DNA of 64,000 nucleotides from Nitrospirota bacterium. Lineage in GTDB: Bacteria; Nitrospirota; UBA9217. The DNA is taken from positions 992,001 through 1,056,000 of the forward strand of contig CAWBNQ010000003.1 of assembly GCA_963790205.1 (NCBI GenBank), written 5' to 3'. The notes below the pieces were generated by a model. It was not told the DNA's origin. It made no database searches and saw nothing but the letters and a program-made list of their open reading frames with translations. Positions 50,868 through 61,363 of this stretch are shown piece by piece. The position numbers and the translations under genes are program-made. Every line of letters begins with the position of its first letter. The stretch's first letter is position 1.

Positions 50868-51383
50868 ATGAACGAACAAAAAGGGACAGGCACAAATATA
50901 GAAGCTTTGATGGACATGCTGGCAAGCAAGGACGGCGTGATCCGGCAGAAAGCACGGGAAGCGTTGGTGGCACAGGGTAAACCCGCCGTATCTTCCCTTA
51001 TCCAGGCATTGCAGAATTCCAGACTGGATCAAGTTCGCTGGGAAGCAGCCAAAGCGCTCGGAAGTATCAACGATACCAGATCGCTGCCATCGTTGGTGAA
51101 AGCACTCGAAGACAGCAACCATGACGTGGCATGGCTGGCTGCAGACGCATTGAAAACCTACAGAATGGCCGCCTGGCCGCCATTATTACAGGCGTTGATC
51201 AGAAGCGGGTCGGATCCTGTAGAATTGCGCAAGGGGGCGCACCATGTTTTGGTGGACCAGAAAGAGGATGGATTCAACGATCTACTTGCAACGCTCCTAA
51301 AGGCTTTAGAATCCAGCTCTGCTCCGGAATCGTCGTCAGTTGCTGCCCATGAAATCCTTAAAAGAATGAATGTAAAAGCATGA
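50868..51383 (+). CDS. HEAT/PBS-lyase repeat protein
   Basis: R..A..AL repeats (VRWEAAKALG, VAWLAADAL). Confidence 0.8.
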   Translation: MNEQKGTGTNIEALMDMLASKDGVIRQKAREALVAQGKPAVSSLIQALQNSRLDQVRWEAAKALGSINDTRSLPSLVKALEDSNHDVAWLAADALKTYRMAAWPPLLQALIRSGSDPVELRKGAHHVLVDQKEDGFNDLLATLLKALESSSAPESSSVAAHEILKRMNVKA

Positions 51384-51664
51384 ACCTAAAAAGAGCAGTT
51401 GAACCACAAAATGCGCACCCTGCATTCGCGCATGCGCACTCATAAGCGCTCGGCGCAGGCGGGAATCATATAAAAATCAAGTACAGGCGTTTTGAAAAAT
51501 ACCTCATTGATTTGGTGATAACTAAAATCGTTTCAACGGCTTGTTTTATCTATGTGACTTATGTGCTTTATGTGGCTAACTGCCGTTTGTTTATAGGATG
51601 AACACTCATTCACGCACCAGCAGCAGCCGGGGATCCCATTCAGGACAAATATGAAGGAGCGGCA

Positions 51665-54211
51665 ATGAGCAAACAAACACCAGTCAGCAAACTGATCTAC
51701 AGTATTCTCCCCACGGACGTCGAGGGATTCGACTCCCTGGCCGAGCTTGCCCTGGATCTGCGCTGGTCGTGGAATCATATCGCCGATGAAGTTTGGCAAC
51801 AGCTCGACACCGACCTGTGGGAGCTCACGCACAATCCCTGGGCCGTGCTGCAGGCGGTCTCCCGGGACAAACTTCAGCGCGTGTCAGCAGATCCCGTTTT
51901 TCGCAAAAGGGTCGATGACCTCGTGCAAGCCAGGCGTCAGGCGGCAAAAGCCCCTGCCTGGTTCCAGCACGAGCATTCGAAGTCCCCCCTTACCCGTGTA
52001 GCCTATTTCAGCATGGAATTCATGTTGAGTGAAGCTCTGCCCATCTACTCCGGCGGACTCGGCAATGTGGCCGGCGATCAGCTCAAATCGGCCAGTGATC
52101 TGGGTGTGCCGGTGGTCGGCGTGGGCCTGCTCTACCAGCAAGGCTATTTTCGGCAGGTGCTCGACAAGGACGGTGCGCAACAGGCCCTTTTCCCTTACAA
52201 CGATCCCGGCCAATTGCCCATCACGCCGTTGCGCGAGGCGAACGGGGAATGGTTGCGGCTGAAGCTCGACTTGCCCGGCTACCCGGTCTGGCTGCGCGCC
52301 TGGCAGGTCCAGGTCGGCCGGGTGCACCTTTACCTGCTCGACAGCAACGACCCCGCGAACCTCCCCGCTCACCGGGGCATTGCCAGCGAGCTTTACGGGG
52401 GCGGGCCGGAGTTGCGGCTGAAACAAGAGATAATGCTCGGGATCGGCGGATGGCGCTTGCTCCGCTCGCTCGGTATTCAGCCGGAAGTCTGTCACCTGAA
52501 TGAAGGACATGCTGCCTTCGCCATTTTGGAGCGGGCCCTGAGTTTCATGCAGGAGACAGGGCAGGCCTTCGAAGCGGCACTGGCCGTCACGCGAGCGGGC
52601 AATCTCTTCACCACCCACACAGCGGTGGCTGCCGGCTTCGACCGCTTTGCTCCGGCCCTCATCGAACAATACCTCGGCGGCTATGCCGAACAGAAACTCG
52701 GCATCACCCTTCACGATCTGCTGGGCCTCGGCCGGCAGAGTCCGGATGACCCGTCAGAAAGCTTCAACATGGCCTATCTGGCGATCCGCGGAAGCGGGGC
52801 AATCAATGGCGTGAGCCGTTTGCACGGAAAAGTGAGCCGGCAGCTTTTTGAGCCTCTTTTCCCGCACTGGCCGCAAGACGAAGTGCCTGTCGGGTCTGTG
52901 ACCAACGGAGTTCACATGCCGAGCTGGGACTCGGCGCCGGCCGATGAGCTTTGGACGGAAGCCTGTGGAAAAGACCGCTGGCAGGGGACAACGGAAACAC
53001 TGGAGAAGGACATTCGCCGCATCTCCGACGACAGGCTCTGGAAATTTCGCACAGCAGCCGGAAAGTCTCTCATTCAATATGCTCGCGAACGATTGTCCCG
53101 GGAGCTGGCCGCCTCAGGCGCGTCACCCGAGGCGGTCAACGAGGCGAAGCGCCTCTTCGATCCCAACGCGTTGACGCTGGGCTTCGCACGCCGCTTCGCA
53201 ACCTACAAGAGACCGAACCTGCTGCTGCACGATCCGGAGCGGCTGCTTCGCCTGCTATCCGATCCGGATCGCCCGGTGCAGCTCATCATTGCCGGCAAGG
53301 CCCATCCGGCGGACCAGTCGGGGCAGTCTTTGATTCAGCAGTGGACCCATTTCATCCGTCGGCCCGAGGCGCGGCCCCATGCGATTTTCCTCAGTGATTA
53401 CGACATGCTTTTGACCGAACACCTGGTGCAGGGGGTAGATGTCTGGATCAACACGCCGCGCCGCCCCTGGGAGGCCTGCGGAACGAGCGGCATGAAGGTG
53501 CTCGTCAACGGCGGCATCAACCTGTCGGAGCTTGACGGCTGGTGGGCGGAAGCCTACACGCCTGAAACGGGGTGGGCGCTGGGAGACGGCAGGGAACATG
53601 GCGACGATCCGGCCTGGGACGCTGTCGAGGCCGGGGCCCTCTACGACCTGCTCGAACGCCAGGTGGTCCCCGAGTTCTATACTCGCGACAAGAAGGGCAT
53701 CCCCACTGCCTGGGTGGCGCGGATGCGTGAAAGCATGGCGTGTCTGACCCCCCGCTTCTCCGCCAACCGCGCGGTGCGCGAATACACTGAGCAACACTAC
53801 GTCCCGGCTGCTGTAATTTATCGCAAACGAGCTGCAAGTCAAGGGGCCGTGGGCAGACAGGTGGTAGATTGGCGTCATCAGGTGGAGCAAAAATGGGCAG
53901 AACTCCACTTCGGCGAAGTGAAGATCGAGACCAACGGGAAGCAACATGTATTCTTGGTCCAGGTCTATCTCAATGACCTCGACCCGAAGGCGGTGCGTGT
54001 AGAGCTTTATGCCGACGGCGCTAACGGCGGCGGTCCGGTGCGGCAGGAGATGAAGCTCCTTCGCCGGCCTGCGGGCGAGTCGGACGTCCACGTTTACAGC
54101 GCGACAATGCCTGCGGCCCGCCCGGCGACGGACTATACGGCGCGGGTGATACCGCACCGTGACGGAGTGACGGTTCCTCTGGAAGCCGCTTATATCCTGT
54201 GGCAGCGCTGA
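51665..54211 (+). CDS. glgP: Alpha-glucan (glycogen/starch) phosphorylase
   Basis: AYFSMEF, YSGGLG, HLNEGH, ARRFATYKR, EACGTSGMK. Confidence 0.97.
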   Translation: MSKQTPVSKLIYSILPTDVEGFDSLAELALDLRWSWNHIADEVWQQLDTDLWELTHNPWAVLQAVSRDKLQRVSADPVFRKRVDDLVQARRQAAKAPAWFQHEHSKSPLTRVAYFSMEFMLSEALPIYSGGLGNVAGDQLKSASDLGVPVVGVGLLYQQGYFRQVLDKDGAQQALFPYNDPGQLPITPLREANGEWLRLKLDLPGYPVWLRAWQVQVGRVHLYLLDSNDPANLPAHRGIASELYGGGPELRLKQEIMLGIGGWRLLRSLGIQPEVCHLNEGHAAFAILERALSFMQETGQAFEAALAVTRAGNLFTTHTAVAAGFDRFAPALIEQYLGGYAEQKLGITLHDLLGLGRQSPDDPSESFNMAYLAIRGSGAINGVSRLHGKVSRQLFEPLFPHWPQDEVPVGSVTNGVHMPSWDSAPADELWTEACGKDRWQGTTETLEKDIRRISDDRLWKFRTAAGKSLIQYARERLSRELAASGASPEAVNEAKRLFDPNALTLGFARRFATYKRPNLLLHDPERLLRLLSDPDRPVQLIIAGKAHPADQSGQSLIQQWTHFIRRPEARPHAIFLSDYDMLLTEHLVQGVDVWINTPRRPWEACGTSGMKVLVNGGINLSELDGWWAEAYTPETGWALGDGREHGDDPAWDAVEAGALYDLLERQVVPEFYTRDKKGIPTAWVARMRESMACLTPRFSANRAVREYTEQHYVPAAVIYRKRAASQGAVGRQVVDWRHQVEQKWAELHFGEVKIETNGKQHVFLVQVYLNDLDPKAVRVELYADGANGGGPVRQEMKLLRRPAGESDVHVYSATMPAARPATDYTARVIPHRDGVTVPLEAAYILWQR

Positions 54212-54230
54212 TCCGACGATGGAGAAAAAG

Positions 54231-54314
54231 ATGATGAAGAAAGCGACTGCGATCACCTGCATATTTCCGGATATCGGCGGTGTCCTGCCGCTGGACGAGG
54301 AGGCGTTATGGTGA
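54231..54314 (+). pseudogene. N-terminal remnant of a HAD-family phosphatase
   Basis: GGAG RBS; MMKKATAITCIFPDIGGVL resembles HAD motif I (F.DIGGVL), then stops after 27 codons. Confidence 0.5.
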
Positions 54315-54865
54315 AAGGTATGGTTTTGGGAGTCGCGTTAACGCTTGCCGTTCTCCTGATCGGCGCTTACTTGCTGGTGCGAAGCGGGCTTATTCCGGCC
54401 AATGCCGATGCAAAACCCGGTCGGGTGGAAACCTGGATGGCGCATACTTCGCTGAATGCGACACTGCGACGTGACGCCCCCAAGGGCCAAAATCCGGTGG
54501 CGTTAACCGAGCAGAATCTCTTCAATGGTGTCCATCTTTTCGCTCAAAACTGCGCGATTTGCCATGGTTCCGCGAAGGGGGTTGCGTCGGCATCACCGAT
54601 AGCGAAAGGGCTTTATCAAAAGCCGCCGCAACTGGCGACAGAGGGGGTTGAAGACGATCCGGAAGGTGTTTCGTTCTGGAAGATCAAACACGGTATCCGT
54701 TTGACGGGCATGCCGTCGTTCGGGGACTCCCTCAGCGACCGGCAGATCTGGACGCTTGCGCTTTTCCTGAAGCACATGGATAAGCTGCCGCCCGCTGTAC
54801 AGCAGGCGTGGCAGCACGTCCGGAATTGGCCGGCGACGTCCGTGAACCTGACGGATCAGAAATAG
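54308..54865 (+). CDS. Membrane-anchored monoheme cytochrome c
   Basis: N-terminal TM, NPV, CAICHG, GIRLTGMPSF. Confidence 0.9.
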   Translation: MVKGMVLGVALTLAVLLIGAYLLVRSGLIPANADAKPGRVETWMAHTSLNATLRRDAPKGQNPVALTEQNLFNGVHLFAQNCAICHGSAKGVASASPIAKGLYQKPPQLATEGVEDDPEGVSFWKIKHGIRLTGMPSFGDSLSDRQIWTLALFLKHMDKLPPAVQQAWQHVRNWPATSVNLTDQK

Positions 54866-54941
54866 CTTATGCGACACGCCGAATGAATGAAGATGAAACG
54901 CAATCCCGCCAATTTCCGCAAACAGTTTTGGAGACAAAAAC

Positions 54942-56369
54942 ATGACCAATACGCAATCGACGCAACGGTATGAAATCGGCATGGTCGGCCTGGGCGTCAT
55001 GGGGCGCAATCTCGTCCTGAATATGGCCGACCACGGCTTTTCAGTGGCGGGCTACGACAGGGACCCAAACCAAGTCGAAGCTCTGCGGAAGGAAACAGCT
55101 GGACGCAACATCAGCGGTGCGGCGAGCATCCATGATTTCATTGCTCTGCTTCGTAAGCCGCGCGCAATAATGATGCTGGTGCCCGCCGGCGTTCCGGTCG
55201 ATTCGGTCATCAGGGATTTGCTGCCGTACCTGGACAAGGGCGATCTCATCATCGATGCCGGCAACTCCTACTTCAAAGACACCGATTTGCGCGCCGGCAC
55301 CCTGGCGGCACGCGGCATCCAATTCCTCGGCGTGGGGGTGTCGGGCGGTGAAGAAGGAGCGCGTCACGGACCGAGCATCATGCCCGGCGGGCCGAAAGAG
55401 GCCTACGAGCGGGTCCGTCCCGTTTTCGAAGCTGCTGCCGCGAAGGTCAACGGCGATCCGTGCGTGACCTGGTTAGGCCCCGGCTCGGCAGGTCACTTCG
55501 TGAAGATGGTCCACAACGGCATCGAATACGGCGTCATGCAATTGATCGCTGAAACCTACGACCTGATGAAGCGCGGTCTTGGCTTGAACGATGACGAATT
55601 GCATGACGTGTTCAGCGCATGGAACAGCGGTGAACTGAACGGCTACCTGATGGAAATCACCGGCCATATTTTTTCCAAAAAGGACGTGAAGACCGGCAAG
55701 CGCATGATCGACGAAATCCTCGACGTGGCCAAGCAGAAAGGCACCGGCATGTGGACCTCGCAGAGCGCAATGGAACTGCAGGTGCCGATTCCGACCATCG
55801 ACCTGGCCGTAGCGATGCGGGACTTGTCCGTGTTCGCGAAGGAACGGGAACAAGCCGGCGCGATCTATCAGCGATCCCTGCGGCGCTTCACCGGCGACCG
55901 CGACACGTTTCTCACGCAACTGGGCCGCGCCCTTTTTGCCGGGATGATTATCATCTATGCACAAGGCATGGCGCTTTTGGCGGCAGCTTCGGTCAAATAC
56001 GAGTATCACCTGGACCTTGAAGCCGTGTCGCGGATCTGGCGGGGCGGCTGTATCATCCGCGCCGCGCTGCTGGAAGACATCTGCGCGGCGTTCCACGCGA
56101 GGCGTGATCTGCCGAATTTGTTGCTGGATCCCAACTTGTCGCTCAAGGTCATGGAGCATCAGGAAGACTTGCGCAGGGTGGTGTCCCAGGCGGCCGAGTC
56201 AGGGGTGCCGGCCCCTGGGCTGATGGTTTCATTGGGTTATCTCGACGCCTATCGCAGCGCCTGGCTGCCGGCCAATCTCATCCAGGCCCAGCGCGACTAT
56301 TTCGGGGCCCACACCTATGAACGGATCGATGCCAAAGGCGCGTTTCACACGGAATGGGAGAAAGAATGA
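54942..56369 (+). CDS. gndA: 6-phosphogluconate dehydrogenase (NADP, decarboxylating)
   Basis: GLGVMG.NL, GVSGGEEGA, VKMVHNGIEY, KGTG.WT, QAQRDYFGAHTY. Confidence 0.98.
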   Translation: MTNTQSTQRYEIGMVGLGVMGRNLVLNMADHGFSVAGYDRDPNQVEALRKETAGRNISGAASIHDFIALLRKPRAIMMLVPAGVPVDSVIRDLLPYLDKGDLIIDAGNSYFKDTDLRAGTLAARGIQFLGVGVSGGEEGARHGPSIMPGGPKEAYERVRPVFEAAAAKVNGDPCVTWLGPGSAGHFVKMVHNGIEYGVMQLIAETYDLMKRGLGLNDDELHDVFSAWNSGELNGYLMEITGHIFSKKDVKTGKRMIDEILDVAKQKGTGMWTSQSAMELQVPIPTIDLAVAMRDLSVFAKEREQAGAIYQRSLRRFTGDRDTFLTQLGRALFAGMIIIYAQGMALLAAASVKYEYHLDLEAVSRIWRGGCIIRAALLEDICAAFHARRDLPNLLLDPNLSLKVMEHQEDLRRVVSQAAESGVPAPGLMVSLGYLDAYRSAWLPANLIQAQRDYFGAHTYERIDAKGAFHTEWEKE

Positions 56370-57910
56370 GAACCATGCCTTTGAATGACCGACTCGAACC
56401 GACTGTCTTCGTCATTTTTGGCGGAGCCGGTGACCTGGCCTGGCGGAAACTTGTACCGGCCCTGTTTGACCTCTCCCAGGACCAAAGAATGCCCGCTGAT
56501 TTTTCGGTCATCGCTGTGGATCGTGTTGACATGAGCGACGAAAAGCTGCGCCGACATCTCCACGACGGCGTCAAGAAGTTCTCGCGCCAGGGAATGGTCA
56601 AAACCGGCGAATGGGAAGGGTTTTCAAGGCATCTCCACTACGAGCAGGGCGATTTCAAGAAACTGCAAATGTACACGGCCTTGGGCGAACAATGCGCGAA
56701 ACGGGAAAAGGAATGGGGCGCCAAAACCCACCGCATCTTTTACCTGGCCACACCGCCGAGCATGTTCGGCGAAATCCCAAAATACCTCGGCAAGGCCGGA
56801 CTGGCGCATGACCGGGAATGGGCGCGGATTGTGGTCGAGAAACCGATCGGCCATGACCTGGAATCCGCCCGCGCCCTGAATGCCGTCCTCGCCGCCAGTT
56901 TCGAAGAATCGCAGATCTTCCGCATTGACCATTATTTGGGCAAGGAAACGGTGCAGAACATTCTGGCCTTTCGCTTTGCCAATCCGCTCTTCGAGCCGAT
57001 CTGGAACCGGCGTTACGTGGACTACGTGACCATCACCGTGGCCGAAGAGGTCGGCGTAGAGCATCGAGGCGGTTATTACGACCACGCCGGAGCCCTGCGT
57101 GACATGGTGCAGAATCACCTGATGCAGCTGCTCTGTCTCGTTGCGATGGAACCGATGGTCTCCTTCGAAGCCGACGAGATTCGCAACAAAAAAGTGGATG
57201 TCCTCCACGCCGTTCGCCCGATTCATCCCGACGCAGTCCACCAATGCGCCGTGCGCGGGCAATACGGCCAGGGTTGGGTCGGCGGCAAAAAAATTCCCGG
57301 CTACCGCGAAGAAGACGGTGTGTCGCCTGGTTCCCAAACTGAGACGTTTGCCGCACTCAGGCTGTTCGTCGACAACTGGCGCTGGCAGGGCGTGCCTTTC
57401 TACCTCCGCACCGGGAAGCGGCTCACCAGGCAGGCCTCGGAAATTACGATCCAGTTTCGCGGAGTGCCGCATCAGGCATTTCCGGCTGAGTCCACTCTCG
57501 ATTGGCAGTCGTCCCGGCTGGTGATGTCCATCCAGCCCGACGAAGGCATTGTGCTGCGCTTCCAGGCCAAAAACCCCGGACCAAAGATGCACCTGCGCTC
57601 CGTGGAGATGCAGTTTAATTACCAGGACGCCTTTGCCGCCCGGTCGTCTGACGCTTACGAAACGCTGCTCTGGGACGTAATGAAGAATGACGCGACCTTG
57701 TTCATGCGCGCCGATCAGGTGGAGGCCGCCTGGCGGTTGTTGATGCCGGTGATCGAGGTCTGGGCCGCGGCCCCGCCCGGTGATTTCCCCAATTACGCCG
57801 CAGGCGCCTGGGGACCGGAGGACGCTCAGGGGTTGCTTGCTCAGGGACACAGTTGGCCGTTGCCTACCGAATTGGGCGGGCATTGCGGGAAGAAGGGAAG
57901 GAATCCGTGA
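56366..57910 (+). CDS. zwf: Glucose-6-phosphate 1-dehydrogenase
   Basis: GG.GDLA.RKL, EKP.G, RIDHYLGKE, RDMVQNH, RWQGVPFYLRTGK. Confidence 0.98.
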   Translation: MRTMPLNDRLEPTVFVIFGGAGDLAWRKLVPALFDLSQDQRMPADFSVIAVDRVDMSDEKLRRHLHDGVKKFSRQGMVKTGEWEGFSRHLHYEQGDFKKLQMYTALGEQCAKREKEWGAKTHRIFYLATPPSMFGEIPKYLGKAGLAHDREWARIVVEKPIGHDLESARALNAVLAASFEESQIFRIDHYLGKETVQNILAFRFANPLFEPIWNRRYVDYVTITVAEEVGVEHRGGYYDHAGALRDMVQNHLMQLLCLVAMEPMVSFEADEIRNKKVDVLHAVRPIHPDAVHQCAVRGQYGQGWVGGKKIPGYREEDGVSPGSQTETFAALRLFVDNWRWQGVPFYLRTGKRLTRQASEITIQFRGVPHQAFPAESTLDWQSSRLVMSIQPDEGIVLRFQAKNPGPKMHLRSVEMQFNYQDAFAARSSDAYETLLWDVMKNDATLFMRADQVEAAWRLLMPVIEVWAAAPPGDFPNYAAGAWGPEDAQGLLAQGHSWPLPTELGGHCGKKGRNP

Positions 57911-58258
57911 CTCGATATGGTACACAATATCCGATCGTATGATAATCCTGATCATCGCGTCGGCGGCACAAGCCACACGTAATCAGCAGTGGTAGACGGT
58001 GCCTTTAGGTGCGGACTTCAAAACAATGCGCGATTATTGTCGCGTGAAACTTCAGCGCAGTTCTGGCTGAAGTCTTGAAAAGGGGCTCTTTATTCCGGGT
58101 TGAATACTTCATTTTTAAGAAGAACATTCTCTGTGCGGTTTATTGATAAAAATTGGGAAGAGTAAAATCATGGCAAAAGCGTTTGGTTGTAGATATACTC
58201 AACAACAAGCGGATGTTTCCGATTTTCAGGAACTTCTCTGAGCTCTGGGGTAAAAGAT

Positions 58259-58289
58259 TTTTGACATTACCTGACCGGTAGTGTCAAAA
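58259..58289. promoter_or_regulatory. 13-bp inverted repeat (operator or bidirectional terminator)
   Basis: TTTTGACATTACC-TGACC-GGTAGTGTCAAAA, one mismatch; both arms contain TTGACA. Confidence 0.45.
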
Positions 58290-58803
58290 GTTTTATGAAA
58301 GCAGAAGAGATAAATATGAAACCACAGAGGGCGTTGAGGAATGCTTGGGGGAAATCTGAACACCTTGAGTTTACTTATCAATAAGATACCCGGTGTTCTC
58401 GTGATTTAAGGAAAACGAATAACCAACGGAACAGCAGTAAAGCCAGGGCGCAGAGAGGGAGGGAGGACGCAGAGGTAATTCCTCCATAAATTACCCCTAG
58501 CGGAACAATACTGCCCCGGTCCGCCGAGGCGCAGCGAATGGACGCATTCCTAACGAAACGATGACGAACAAAAAATCCGAAAGGAGGCATACTATGCAAG
58601 ACATTAATGGTATTCTTGTCGTCAACAGAATGACCACAGGCGTTCGTCAGCGGGGTCCTTGCATCGTCCGCGCCAATCTGCGTCGAATGGGTGATGGATC
58701 TTAGAGAATGCCCTTGGTCGAACCAGGGAGCCAAAGCATGAGTCCTTGTTTTTCTAGAAACTAATCGAGAAACTGCCCCGGAGATAAAGAAAGGAGACAT
58801 CTC

Positions 58804-60114
58804 ATGTATCCCATATGGGAAGTGCCCCACGCGAGCGCCGGCATTCTCCTGGCTATGATCGCCACGTTCCACATCCTGCCGTCCCACCTTTCCGTCGGCG
58901 CAATGTGGATAAACGTCTTCATAGAAACGAAGGCGTACCGGGAAAACCGGCCGGAACTGCTCGAGTTCATCAAGAAATACACGCTGCTCCTGCTGGTATT
59001 CGCCTACGTGTTCGGTTCGCTGAGCGGCGTCGGGATCTGGTACGCGGCCACGGTGGCGAACCCGAGAGGCATATCGGGACTGATCCATAACTACGTCTGG
59101 GGGTGGGCTTCGGAGTGGGTCTTCTTCATCGTTGAAGTGACGGGGATCTTCATTTACTACTATACCCTGGGCAAGGTCGACCGGAAAACCCACCTGAAGA
59201 TCGGCTGGATCTTCACCGTCTCCTCATGGATCACCATGGTGATCATCACCGGCATCCTGTCGTTCATGCTTTCCTCCGGGAAATGGCCCGAGACCGGCGG
59301 CTTTTTCGACGGGTTCTTCAACCAGACCTACTGGCCGCAGCTTTTTTTGAGGACCACCGTCATGTTCGGGATATCCGCGGCCTATGCCTTAGCAGTGGCT
59401 TCGCGCCTCAGGAACGACGAGACCAGAAGACTCGTGGTAAAGACGGCCTCGCAGTGGGGTTTTGCCGGGCTGCTGCTCGCAAGCGGCGCGCTGTTCTGGT
59501 ATTTGCAAGCGCTTCCGGAAGCTGCGCGCGGCCTTATCGGAATGATCGTTCCCGCCGGGCTGAAGACAGGGCTCCTTGTTTCCTGGGGAGCGATGCTCGC
59601 CTATTTCCTGTTCGCCAGGCTGCAACCGCTGGCTGTTCGCCTGGTCCCGGCAATCCTGGCCATTCTGGTCCTTTTCGTCGGGATATGGTCCGCGGAAAGG
59701 ACCAGGGAGATGATCCGCAAACCCTATGTCATCTCGTCCTACATGTATTCGAACCAGATCATCGGTCATGACATTCCGGCAAAAGGGGTGAAGGCAGAAA
59801 GAGACCGGATAAACGAAGAAGGCATTCTCCGGGTTTCTCCCTTTGTGCCCGAGGGGCTGCGTACGATAACCGACGCCAATCGTCTCCAGGCTGGAAGAAT
59901 GATCGCCCTTATCGAGTGCTCGGCGTGCCACGTGCTCCAGCAAACGGGGCTGCGCCCCCTTCCCCAAATGGTGAAGAGGCTGAACCTGACGGATGCGGAA
60001 GTTGCCGGGAACGTCCTGACCGCGCTTGACGGGTTCCCGTACATGCCGCCCTTTGCCGGTACCGAGGCGGAGAAGGCCGCCCTGGCGGCATTTCTCGTTT
60101 CCCTGAACAAATAA
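58804..60114 (+). CDS. CydA-like (bd-type oxidase subunit I) protein fused to C-terminal cytochrome c
   Basis: TFHI..SH..VG, G..SGVGIW, W..EWVFF..E, E..RE..RKPY, no Q-loop; CSACH plus YMPPF. Confidence 0.82.
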   Translation: MYPIWEVPHASAGILLAMIATFHILPSHLSVGAMWINVFIETKAYRENRPELLEFIKKYTLLLLVFAYVFGSLSGVGIWYAATVANPRGISGLIHNYVWGWASEWVFFIVEVTGIFIYYYTLGKVDRKTHLKIGWIFTVSSWITMVIITGILSFMLSSGKWPETGGFFDGFFNQTYWPQLFLRTTVMFGISAAYALAVASRLRNDETRRLVVKTASQWGFAGLLLASGALFWYLQALPEAARGLIGMIVPAGLKTGLLVSWGAMLAYFLFARLQPLAVRLVPAILAILVLFVGIWSAERTREMIRKPYVISSYMYSNQIIGHDIPAKGVKAERDRINEEGILRVSPFVPEGLRTITDANRLQAGRMIALIECSACHVLQQTGLRPLPQMVKRLNLTDAEVAGNVLTALDGFPYMPPFAGTEAEKAALAAFLVSLNK

Positions 60115-60124
60115 GGAGGAGGCT

Positions 60125-61339
60125 ATGGATATCGGAACGATGGTGAAAACGCTGCAGGACCCCATGGGGATCCCTTTTTATCCGATTCTCTTTCAGATTT
60201 TGATGGTCCTCACCTTCGCGGTTCACATCACGTTCGTGAACTTCACGCTGGGGCTGTCCTTCTTCTCCGCATACGGGTTCGTCCGGGGCAGCGGGCCCTG
60301 GGGGGGCTTGTCCCGGTCTCTCGCAAAAGCGACCACCCCGAATGCTTCGCTGGCGATCCTCTTCGGCATTGCGCCGCTCCTGTTCATGCAGGTGGTGTAC
60401 GATCCCTTCTGGTATGCGTCCAACGTGCTTTCCGCCGCCTGGGCACTGGGGTTTATCCTGGTCCTGATGCTCGGCTACGGTTTAACGTACGTCTTTTACC
60501 TGAAGGGGGGGCCGGGCAGGGGGGGCGGTTTTGCCGTGATCGCGTTCCTGTCCTTTGCTCTTTTTCTGCTCGCCGGCGTCATTATGCACGTCCTTGGATA
60601 CCAGCTTCTTCAGCCGGAGAAATGGCTCCAGTGGTATGTGCAGGGCAACGGTGTTGATGCATCGGGGACCTCTTTGCACGCCTTTCAGCTCCCGAGGTTC
60701 CTGCATTTCGTGGTCCCCTCCTTTGCCATGGCGGGGCTGTTCCTGATGCTGTACGCGTGGTATTTCAAGGACAGATCGGACAAGGACAGGGAGCAGCTCG
60801 CATGGGTCGCCCGCACGGGCGCGGGAATTGCGTTCTTTTTTACGACACTCCAGGCGCTCGTCGGCGTATGGTGGCTGTTCAGCCTGCCTCCGGAGTTTCG
60901 ATTCTTTACGAACCCCTTCTTTTTGGTCGCGGCGGGAATGGGCGTTTTGCTCCTGTTCTTTCTGTACCGCGCCAGGAAAGATCCTTTTCGATACGCGGTG
61001 CCCGTGGCCGTATGGGTGTTCCTGACCATTTTCGCCATGTCCTCCGCCCGGGAGGTCCTGAGGATGAAGTATGTGGGGCGGTTCGGATATTCGATCTTCG
61101 ACCACAAGGTGAACCTTGACCTCGGGAGCACGGCCCTGTTTCTCTGCACGTTCCTCGCCGGCGTGTTCATCGTGAGCTATCCGGTGTACGTCGCCTATGC
61201 CTCGGGCAGGACTGCGGGGCAATACGCTGCTTCGTCCGTTGTGCACCAGTGGGGGAGAGCCGTCCTCGGCCTGCTCCTTCTCTGGATCGCGGCCGTGGTC
61301 GGTCTGGGCATCGTCATTTCAGTAAAAAATTACCTTTAG
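60125..61339 (+). CDS. Multi-TM partner subunit of the bd-like oxidase (possible divergent CydA paralog)
   Basis: LTF..H..FVN, GIAPLLF.QV.Y, PRFLHF, RE.LR; 10 nt after the CydA-like gene. Confidence 0.65.
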   Translation: MDIGTMVKTLQDPMGIPFYPILFQILMVLTFAVHITFVNFTLGLSFFSAYGFVRGSGPWGGLSRSLAKATTPNASLAILFGIAPLLFMQVVYDPFWYASNVLSAAWALGFILVLMLGYGLTYVFYLKGGPGRGGGFAVIAFLSFALFLLAGVIMHVLGYQLLQPEKWLQWYVQGNGVDASGTSLHAFQLPRFLHFVVPSFAMAGLFLMLYAWYFKDRSDKDREQLAWVARTGAGIAFFFTTLQALVGVWWLFSLPPEFRFFTNPFFLVAAGMGVLLLFFLYRARKDPFRYAVPVAVWVFLTIFAMSSAREVLRMKYVGRFGYSIFDHKVNLDLGSTALFLCTFLAGVFIVSYPVYVAYASGRTAGQYAASSVVHQWGRAVLGLLLLWIAAVVGLGIVISVKNYL

Positions 61340-61363
61340 GCGTTAGAATGCAAAAGCTCATCT

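Noticed and set aside
51551..51577. Three 9-bp tandem repeats TATGTGnyT upstream of glgP
   Set aside because: Too short and degenerate to call as an operator or array without comparative data
58378..59193. 271-aa minus-strand ORF
   Set aside because: Overlaps the CydA-like gene antisense and has no recognisable domain
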